This document shows positions 51,501 through 64,000 of a stretch of 64,000 bases of DNA, piece after piece. The stretch covers positions 558,001 through 622,000 of the forward strand of contig CAJFCJ010000024.1 in assembly GCA_904063045.1 (NCBI GenBank), written 5' to 3'. The position numbers and the translations under genes were made by a program. The stretch is from Dimorphilus gyrociliatus (Eukaryota > Animalia > Annelida). Within the stretch, counting starts at the first letter, position 1, and the number at the start of each line of letters is the position of its first letter. The notes beneath the pieces are model-generated. The model did not search any database. It was not told the DNA's origin and saw nothing but the letters and a program-made list of their open reading frames with translations.

Positions 51501-54500
51501 GAATTCATGGAGTCTTGAGCCCCACAGCCAGGATCAGATAAAGTAACGAGGCGTTACGTGATCTAGTAGCATCGATGAATTATAGGCTTTCTTCAGTCTT
51601 TGATGCACAAAAGAAGCCGTTCGAAGATTACATCTTACTTATTTTTATCTTTATAAAAATAAAACATAAACATATCGAGTAATAACTTTGCAAATTACCA
51701 GATTAGTTTCAAAGTAGAAATATGGTATCAAAAAAGAAAAAAGGGGAAAATGGTATTAGATATTAAAATAACACAAATAAGTATTTTATAATGATTTTAA
51801 TGTCCTTTATAACAGTCTATATGCTGTAAAGCTACGAATTGTTTCCTCATATTTTTGATGATGAACTCTCTTCATTTGCTCTTTTTTTGACACTGTATCA
51901 ATAACAAAATATCATTTCGAAACCTTTTACCCAAATTAATATAAAGAGTTGTCGTTTAGAATGGATTATGTTACAAGTTTGATATTCTTATTATTTTTTC
52001 CTAAAATCTTTCGTATACGGTCACTTACACACCAAACTACATTGAAAAAGAGTACAAAGGAAAGTTAAGCCTCCTTTAAAAACTCTTTACCCATTTTACT
52101 AGACCGGAAGTACGGAAGGATCTAGTTAGCTCTTAGTAACAATTTATATAAAATTCATATAAAACAAATTATATATTGGATAATTACAGCAAAAAAATTC
52201 ACATGTGGTAAAATTAGATACGGTTGACGAGCGAAAATGGGAAAAAGTACTTATGCTTTATTTTTTTTTATCAAAAAGTCTCTTTTAAAACAGTTCAGAT
52301 CCTTTTTTATACTTTCACATTTCATTAGATAAATACAATATATCTTTTATAAAGTGGTGAAAGAAAGAGCAGTTAATTAGAAATACGTGAAAGACAGAGA
52401 GGCAGATAGAGAGAAAGAGAGAGAGAGAGAGAAAAAAAGACAGACGGGTGAAAGGGCAGAGAGGATTGGATAGAAAGAAGAAGTAAAAGGAGAAAAAACG
52501 ATCAATTACTTATATGATATATATAATTAAGCAACATTATTCTTGTCTAATCGACAGTTTCGTATGTTAACCATTCAGTAAATTAATGTTTTTAGTCTTG
52601 TTACTCTTGGTCATTCGATATCTAGAAGTAAAATTAGTAAGTAAATAACTAATACGATAATTAACTGGTACTAATAATTTTTTGATGAGTAATAAACGAG
52701 AGAGAGGTAAACTTTTATGGTTAAATAGAATTAGACGTTGTAAAAATAGATTATCTTTTTATGATAGTTGAGATAGAAAAATGTATTTTTAGGTTGGAAA
52801 GAGAAAAATATGAGTTTCTTTCTTCTTTTTTTATTATTATATAGTATAGAATATATGTAATTGATGTAACATTAATTGACGGTAAAGAAATTGTTTAATG
52901 GAAAGAAGAGTTAATATATTTTGGAGGGAAACCCTTCAGAAGCTATCAAAAATTATGCAACTATTGGCGACACCCTGCAGCGTATCTAACGCTTAACGAG
53001 CAATTTTTCCGGCCATTGAATGTCTTATGAAATGAAGGAACTACTCGGTTCTGATTGCCCTCTCTTCGAGGTGTCTAAAGGCGTCTATTCCTTACGACGC
53101 CTTCCTTTATCTCGCTTCTGCACTTGTCTCTCGCGATTTCTTACGCAATGCGACTTGCAGACGGATAGAGGCGTCGAATTTGTTCGTCGGAGCGTCTAAA
53201 TAGAAGTAGGATATAATATATATAGGAAAACGAGGCGTCTCAACGATCGATGCGAAACTTCTATTTCCTAGTCGTTGGCCATCGATCAAGTTTTTAGTCT
53301 TTTGTTTCTACAGACGAAAATCATTAGACAAGCAACCTTTTTCCAGTTTCTGTAGTTACGTAACGAAATAAGGAAGTCGAAGGATGAAAGACAATAGTTG
53401 ATTCAATTAGTCAAGTATCACATTCAAACGAATTCGATCTTACGCACTGCCATTTTGCCATCATCTCTTTATTTAAACATTTTTCCTACATTTGTTCACA
53501 TTTACTTAGCTAATAAAACCACTAGAAATCTACTGCAAAGTTGCTACTATGAATTAAATTATTCATTTACTCTATACATAAGCTTAAAAGCTGCCTCGTC
53601 GCTTAAACGTAACAAGGCTTCTTTCCCCTCCTGACAAAAAAAGGAATTAAGAGAACAAAGATTCGCTATTATTTCATAACGGATATTACATTTTTTACAA
53701 TTGCAATAAAAAGAATGGAGAACATTCTTGTAATATGAATTAATTTTAGGGATAAAAATTGATTTTCTGTCCTGGTTTTTCCTGTTTTTAAAAAGAGAAA
53801 TTTCTTTACGGAAAATTATATTTGCTACCTTTCTAGGTATTTTCTAATTTAGTTCTTATTAGTCATACTACTCATTCCCAAATCCTAATTACTGATATCA
53901 GCGGTAGATAAAAGTTTTATTAATTAAATTAAAGATTTTTTTATCAATTCTATACCTTTAAACAAAACTTTATAGCTAAACACCTGTTCAAATAATACCA
54001 CATACAGTTGATAATGAACATTGATTTTTATCTCCTAAGCAAGTAAACCTTTCCCTCCTTTCCTTACAATCTACAGAAATGGAATATAAATAAATTATTA
54101 TTTAGCACTTATATAAAATGAAAATAAGGGGGAATAGCCCAATATGTATTTATGTAGATATATATGAAACGGCTTAGATTACGGTAAAAGAGAATTACTA
54201 AAAATCCAGCCAACATATTGCAAATTTAATACTTGGTTTCGTTATTGGTTTATTCTGGAAAATTATCGGGGAAAAATCTAAAAAATACATTCTCCCTCTC
54301 CCCCCTCCCTTCTCTCTCTCTCTCTCTCTTTCCATTCTCACTTTCTCCACTTTCTCTATATGGTTGCCTCATCTATCTAAAATTTATCATCTAGCCTGAA
54401 AACACGCCGCTATCCCAACGAAAAAGAAATTATTGGCTTTATGTTATAATAAATTCCAGTAGTAATTGATGGAATTAAACGATGAGAAAGGTCAGTTTGT

Positions 54501-57500
54501 ATTATTGAAAAAAATAAAAGAGAAGAGGGAAAAATTATTTATTAATTTTTTTTTTCTCATCGAAGTTAGATCTTACCAATTAGAAAATTCTCTATGATTT
54601 TTTATACACTTTTCATATAGTTATTATGTATTAGAAAATTTTACTTTAATCGGATTTAACAAAGAGAAAAATGGACATTAATCGATTTCTAATTTAAATC
54701 CTCCTTATTTTCTATTGGAAATATTCTAGCAAAGCCTTGTCAATAACATTCGGGATTTCAATCAATCAATTCTAAAAGTATTCTAAATAAATAAGAAATA
54801 ATAAGAAATAGGACTGAATTTTCACATTGCGAAGCGTAATGGAAATAAGGAAGAAATAAGAGAGAATAAGAATCTTGTAGAACTACGGTAGGGAAAATTT
54901 TCCTCAAAGAAAAAAAAATAACATAGCAAAGGTCTACTGCAATTTTCTCTTATAAAATTGGATGACGACGAACGAAACATAACGAACCATGCCAAACAAA
55001 AAACGAATAGCGTTAAATAATAACTTGTACGAAAAAAATTGCAAGAGAAGAGAAGAGACATTTTGGGTAGTCAACTGCAAAAGAGGTTCGCCTACAAGAC
55101 TTTATTACTTATTTATATAGATAGAATGTATACGAAAAGCTAGGTATATAATAGTATAATGCCTATAATACGGGAATTGGTTAGAAAAATGCTCTTTCTT
55201 TTTTGTATAGAAAAAGAAAATTGATTTTCCTGCAAAGTTTTGACAGACTGACCTGTTGCAGTCCGTGTTTCATGCAAAGGTCGATTTGATAATAGGCCTA
55301 TCGAGCCTATATTCTTTATAAATTATCAACGAAAGAATCTTATTTGTAAGTATTGAATTTAACATAATCAGTCAAAAAATCTACCATTAAAAGTTATCTA
55401 ATATCCTTATAAATCATCATTATTAAATAAAGTTAAAACTTGTGTATAAAAAAGTAGTTTATTTGTATTTATATCCATTTGTTTGTAACTATTTATATAA
55501 ATATAACAATGAAAAGAAGTTTTTCTTGTTTTATAGATATTATCAGCGAAAACTAGGGAAGAAAAATAGTATAAAGATGAGATAAAGATAGAGGAGAGAA
55601 TAGTGAAAAAGTATATTTTCTTTTTCGTACTATATAATTAAGCGTTTCTTATCTGGTTAACAACGTCAGTAGATCGGTTTGCCGAAATATAAAATAAACA
55701 TGCTGCTAGGGAAGAAAGCGAAAAAATAGCTTTTGTATCCAGATAAATAATCAGAAGGAAAAAAGCTAGAATGCTCATTCTTTTATAAACTAGATACATT
55801 CTCATTCTTTCACTTATCCTTTTAATTCTTTCCATTCTTTTTTAAAGTCTCTCACGCATTCTTAATTATTATACTGTGTCTATGTGTTTTTGTTTCTTTT
55901 TTGATTTCGATAAATTCCACGCTAGAGTCATTATTTATCATTTTACAGTATTCTTATTCTATTGATTGTTGTTCTCCTCCTTTCTTGTATAAAATACATA
56001 ATCGAGAACGACTCCTATGGAGTACAGTCAATAAATATAAATAAGTTATACAAAATGATTAATATTTATTTAATCTTTATATCCTTAACCTTATAACTCT
56101 ATGATTTATGGGATATTTACGATATTACATAAAATATATGAATTCTTAAATGAATGAAACTAATTTAATAATAAAAAAAATTAACTAATTACAGATAATA
56201 GCAAGTTAAATACCATTCTTTTATCCTATCACCCATCTATCCATTAAAATCTTTTTAGCGTTTTTTATACTTTTAGCAGCATACAATTTGTTACGAAGCT
56301 GATTTATATTATGTGTAGATGTGTGTTTTTTCCCTTATTCCCATTATAAATCAACATAAAAAATAGACCGTTAAACTTTTTCTAAAAATTAATCAGCGTA
56401 AAGTTGCTCGTTTTCTTTCATTCTGTAAGATTAAAGTTCTTTAATACTTTTGGCGCCAATACACTTAAAAAGTTTGCCCAATAATTTGCTAGTACTTCCG
56501 TCTCTTTCGTTTTATTTCTCCAACTCCCACTCCTCCCAGCTTTACTTTCTCTTTCCCCCCCCCCTCTCTCTCTCTCTTTCTCTCTCTCTCTCACTTACCA
56601 ACTCGCTCGCTAACTCATTGTCTCTTTTCTATTTTTTTTTACTAATCTCTGCTTATAAAAGTATATGCATATAGAATGTTTTAATTAGACAATATAAACT
56701 CGGTGTTTGTTTACTATTTAAAATACTATATACAAGTCATTAATAATCAAGAGGCTGTGAAGGATTTCTTTCACTTTGGTAGAAATTCAATCTACAAGAG
56801 TCTCGTACTGATTTACTATTTATTATATTTTTCTTTTATAAATACAAAATAACCCCTAGACAAAAGTTTCCTCATTTAATATTCATCTTTTAGGAAGTAG
56901 TTTGGCTAATGCAAGTACAAGTAAAAACTCAACAATTTGGATTAACCAATAGGAAATATATCAGAAAAAAAATTGAATATAACGGTATTATCGAGTTTAC
57001 TGATTTGTTAATATCACGTCATTATCCTTTAACAGTTTCGTGTTAAAGGTAATTAAAATAACCAATTTTCCATTTATTAGAAAAGCTCTAAGAAATATTT
57101 GTATGCACGCCAACGTACGCTCATACAACTGATTACGTAACAACTGCAATAAAATGTATACAGTGGAAACGTTATATTTGTCGTTCTTGTAACACGGATG
57201 ATTCATAAATAGACTGTTTTTTCTAACAAAAAATTTCCAAAAGTCATTGGAATCTTTAATGAATAATTACATTTCATCAATAAAAACTATAACTGGTAAA
57301 TGATAAGAGAGGAGAATTTATGTATTTATGTATTTATCTTACAAATAATTTCGGGACTTGTATTCCAGTAAGAAGAAAGGAAGACGAATAGTTGGATATA
57401 TTGGAAATATATGACAGCAGCAGGAACTAGAATCTACAGGTTTCCCCCTTTTAAATAATTTACGTTCGCATGTATAAATATAAGATATAACTTTTCTTTT

Positions 57501-57811
57501 ATACAGTAGATATATAAATGCACTAGTATATTATATTTATATCTATACCTATGCCGTTTACAACGGTATATAAAGTTTGCAATATAACGAGAAACGTTCT
57601 TTTTTCTTATCAATTAAAGATTAACTTACCGGCAAATTGAAAAAGAAGTAAAAAATTTGCAATTCCCAATAAAAACTTGATCATATTGAGGGATGCTCGA
57701 GAACGTTCGGCCAGAATATAACTACACTCAGGCCAAGAGACGCCGACGGTCATTTCTACATGATTGAGGAGTGGGAATCTCTCTAGTAAACTATCGGTGG
57801 ATTTTTTCCCT

Positions 57812-57826
57812 ATACTAGGGGGCGCT
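57812..57826 (+). promoter_or_regulatory. CTCF-like motif
   Basis: ATACTAGGGGGCGCT. Confidence 0.45.
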
Positions 57827-58147
57827 GAAAAATCAGTTTTTTATAAAGTCGCAGATGTCTGATAAAATATTCACCAAATTCTGCCCGAAACTATCCTTTC
57901 TTCCTTTTACTTTCCTCTCACCTAACCTCCGTTACTTTTCTTTTATAGTTTGTACTTTGTATCTTTACCAGGAATCCTTAATTTTTGCAGTATGACATGC
58001 TTAGGGGCATAAAAATTTTGTACAGCAAAAAAATTAGTTTCGATCAAATAGAGCGTGACAAGACGCCGTAGTGAGAAAGGGGGCAAGAAAAGGGCGGGAG
58101 CGCAAAGGGAGATTTGGATAAGAAACAGGCCTATTTAATACCTGTAA

Positions 58148-58163
58148 AACGCCATCTAGCGTT
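58148..58163 (-). promoter_or_regulatory. CTCF-like motif
   Basis: Minus strand AACGCTAGATGGCGTT. Confidence 0.45.
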
Positions 58164-60433
58164 TCGTCAAGTAGTTACACAAGAGTGAAGTTGAGGGGAT
58201 TGGGAGAGAGGGAGAGAGAGTGAAATTGCATTTCGGCCGTCGGAATTCAATCAACCGGTTCGCTTGTTTGTAAGCATATAGAATTTCTTGCTCGATAGGC
58301 CTATAAAAATAATTCGTGATGGGAATATACATGAAATTTGAAATACTCATATTCCATATTTACAAAGTATACAAACGGAACTTTTATATTTTCAGATAGA
58401 TACTTTTCCCGTGTCTTTAGCAACAGCCTTTTCTTTCAATAATTTCTCTTACTCTGAAAACTTGAGCTCTTTTTCAAAGAATTAATCTTTATACAAAAGG
58501 AGAGATAAATCGCATAAAAAGGCTATAGCACAGTTAAGCAAAAGAGAAAGATAGAAAGAAAAAAAGAGAGCAAAAAAAGAATAAGGGATGGAGAATAAGT
58601 GAAGAAGATAAACTAAAGAAAGAGAGGGCTTTAATTTATCTAACATTAAAGATAAACACTTTTCCCATACAACTTTTTGCTAAAATGTCAAAATTTCCGC
58701 TCCAATAAAATCGTAGGATTGATTCTTGTGAATCTAATTTTCAGTATACTCATTCTGGTGTACAACCAACATAATAAGTACCTCTTTAAATTTAACCTTG
58801 GCTATTTATCTAATTAGAAAACTCAGATAAAAGTCCATTTATCTTACGTGGAATATTTTTAACTATAATAGAAAGGCAGTTTCTAAGATAATATGGTCAA
58901 TTTTGAATATTATGAATTATTTTTATAATTATTGTAATTTTGAATGCTAAATATAGATATCTCATTCTTATTGTTTTATTGATAGATGAGAAAATCTCTA
59001 ATAAGATAGAGTAATTTCGTTATGACTATAGCAAGAACCTACCTCTTCGTGAATGCGACTCTTTTTTTAGGTAAGACATATTTATTCAACCTAATACAAT
59101 TTCAGTCTTTTATGATTTTCTCCATTAGACCGATGAAAAATTTTCCTTCAATTCGATCTTTTCCTTTTGTTTGTTAATATAATGTAATACATTCTAAAAG
59201 TAAATCGTTAAATGTTTATTAAAAAAATTGTTTATATTGATTTAATACCATGCAAACATCAAGTATATATAGTATAAAAACAATTATAATTATTATTCCT
59301 GGCAAGTTCTTTCCTCTATATTGCTTCAACTTTCATTTATTGTATATACAGTATATACAAATTTATATATTCTACTTGGAAAACTATAAGGAATAGGGGC
59401 TAAAATAATTCAAAACAGAGTATAGCTGAAAGAGTAACTGTCAAAATAATCCTATTTACTGTTAACATAGATATTAGCATATTACTAAAAAGAAATATTA
59501 ATTGCATGCTAAATTATTATGTTAATACCAAATTAGAGGGTTAAACAAGATTGTTATATATATATATAGTTTATACTGCATTTTATATTAGTATAACGTG
59601 CTTACGAATATTTAACTTGACTTGAGTTATCTCTCCTATTATATCTATCTAATACAATATTTTCTATTTGCCATAATTTCCAAATGATTTGAAAGACTAG
59701 ATGACAGGCCATACGTACCCTTGCACATCGCTTTTAACGAAAGGTGGAAAGGGGAAGGGTTACGTAATCGAACAACAAAATCTCTCTCCTCGTCATTTTA
59801 TTTATTTCTTTAGAAAGTAACTGCGTGAAATATATGCAATCGACAAATTCCCTTCGTCATTTTTCTTCAATTTATCACATAAAAAGTCCCAAGGAATGAC
59901 GAGAACCTCGTAGCGTTTAAAATTCAAGGTTAACTAGCGTCTCCTTTAACAGCCATGGTGCAGATCCGTTCCGAGAATAAGTGGGCCTATTACAAAATAG
60001 TTTCGGTCAAATGAAACAGAATTGGACAGAGCGTAGCAAAATTTGACAGAAATTATATTCGTTTGATATGCTTCGTAAGGGAAAAGGTACTGCTATACAA
60101 TATATTTTAGTGTATTAAAGTCAATAAGTGTTGCATATTTCTTTAATTATCAAACTTAACTCGATCAATTTACATCATTTTTACATATTTCTCTTTATTT
60201 TGCAAAAAATAAACCATTAGTCGGCGGAACTTTAAGTTTTGTTTTAATTATTTACTTTACCGGAAATCCTGTTATTCATAGGCTTAAACTATATATTTAT
60301 ATATATTGTGATACTTTCACAGTCAAAAATTTCCCATTAAATGTCTTAATCATGTATAAAATTTTTGTTCACTATATTATAGCAGCGTTATAGATAGCCT
60401 GTAAATAAATAAAATCTCTGCTTTATCTTTTAG

Positions 60434-60519
60434 ATTTTATTTGAAACAGATCGTCTGCTATACTTATTTACGGTGATGGAGGCTTAGCCGATGACCCGTT
60501 TGATCAAAATCAGGATAAG
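60434..60519 (+). pseudogene. Degenerate orphan copy of HHIPL exon 3
   Basis: TAG|ILFETDRLLYLF(frameshift)GDGGLADDPFDQNQDK aligns end to end with true exon 3 [29 protein letters not shown] (62778-62863). It has a 1-nt deletion, and the donor position reads GG instead of GT. Confidence 0.8.
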
Positions 60520-62180
60520 GAGGAAAATAACCTTTTTCTTTAACTTTCTTTAGTAGCATAGTAACAGAATTTTACTTAACTCCTATACGCTAAATACACA
60601 TTGTTAATTATACAAGTATTAAATAAGACTCAACTAGTGCCATCTGTCTTAATTGAGAAGAGACGATCATTTATTAATCATTTTTAAGCTAAAATACCTC
60701 TATCAATCTTATCCCGAGAAAGCAATAAAGTTATAGGAAAGATGGGGTAAAAGATTAATAACATCATAGGAAATGTATAACAAGAGAAACAGAGAGAGAG
60801 AGAGAGAAGTAGAAAGCAGAGAAAACAAATACATTTGTCTTTTTATATACACTATCTTATATTGTAACAGTGTTAATCCATATCTTTTCAAAGCATTTTC
60901 TATTTATTTCTATCTATGTCAACAGGATATAGTTTCCTTAAAAAGTCTCCTAATCGATTGTAATGCTAAAAGATTCCATAAACATTGGAAAATACTGTAA
61001 AGGATTTAAGGAAAATAGCTGTTCTAAAAATGTTCTAAATTAATTTATTTAATTTCAAAAGTTAATCTTCCTCTCTTCAATTGATAAAGAATATACAAAA
61101 ATTCACGAATTGACAATAAAATTTTCTTTTCGTTTGGTAAATATTCGATTAAATTCGAGTAAAATATCTAACTATAGGAGTTAAGAATAAATAATATATG
61201 TGTTTTTCTTCGAAAGATCAAATTACAGTGAATTAAAGCATAAAAGAGTAGAAACTGTTAATTTTTCAACTATTTAAACTTGAAAGAGATGGTGTAAAAA
61301 TATACGCGGGAATGTAGGAGAGAGAGAGAGAGAGATAAATTGAGAAAGAGATAAATTGAGAGAAAGAACGAGAATGGGGAAAAGAGAAGGACGTAGAGAA
61401 TAGAGACTATGTATTCATTTTCAATCGATAAGAGTTTGGAAAGATAAGCAGGTTGGAACTTGTAAAAACTTTCTCCATATCGGGGGAACACAGATTCTAT
61501 TGATATGTTTATTTTTTGAATAAAGAAGAATTTAGTGAATAGAAATAGTTTATTTCTAATAAAAAATATGCATATATATATATATCTATATATGTTTATT
61601 TATAAATATATATTCCAGGTTCTATTTATAGACCTTTGGTTTAAAACATTGACAATTAATTGAGTATTGATAATAAATCATCTTATTAAAGTACGCTGAA
61701 CTGATGTGAGTTTTTTCTACAGAGGGGAAGGGAGAGGGAAGACTTTCTGACTATAGATTGCAAAATATTCTTCTTTTTTATATTCAATGCATCTGTTAAA
61801 TAGAAAATCTTAATGTTTTGCAATACATATTTATTAAACTCAAAATAGAATATTTGAATGAATAAGGTCACTACTGAATTTTATCACATACAAAATAAAA
61901 ATTGATGGTCTGAGAGTGGCGCACGTGTGCGGTTGTATATTTTCTATATTTTTGTTGGAGTGTGAAGATATAGTGCATGCAATTTATTTTATCGAAAAAT
62001 CATTGATTCGTTGCATTTATTTGACTACGAACCTTAAAAGTTTGGTTATCAATCTTTTCACCGAGACAATTATCGCTTGATTGCCAGGCGCTTTTTTCCC
62101 ACAAAGTTTTCAAATAAAAATTCAATTATCATTTATATACTTATCTGTTTAGATCGAATTGAACTGAGCAGTATAGCAAA

Positions 62181-64000
<1,820 letters not shown>

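Noticed and set aside
53398-61871. Numerous 60-80 aa ORFs in the 53-62 kb interval
   Set aside because: Composition reflects AT-rich DNA and GA/CT microsatellites; no domains, and no HHIP cysteine-rich exons found.

Overview
AT-rich eukaryotic (metazoan) genomic DNA with GT-AG introns, many only 54-67 nt long. The annelid-type allatostatin-C peptide and the very short introns suggest a compact-genome lophotrochozoan or annelid (inference only). All genes were reconstructed by hand with phase-consistent splice sites. In order: a truncated Tc1/mariner relic (2.25-2.84 kb); RASEF/Rab45 (-); an LRR-Ig surface protein (-); an allatostatin-C precursor invisible to the ORF track (-); a MIG-13/LRP12-like CUB-LDLa receptor spread over long introns (+); a secreted 176-aa protein with four C-x4-C-x10-C-x4-C-type repeats and a KR site (+); two tandem secreted PAN-PAN-lectin-like paralogues (-); a SUEL-CUB-sushi-TM receptor (-); and an HHIP-like gene (+, runs off the window). 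The HHIP-like gene apparently lacks the N-terminal cysteine-rich domain and carries a complete U1 snRNA gene in intron 3. Non-coding signals include CTCF-like and ETS motifs, probable Tc1 excision footprints in (TA)n tracts, a degenerate orphan copy of an HHIPL exon, and a possible NB-ARC relic. The best candidate for something undescribed is the four-repeat cystine-hairpin secreted precursor.
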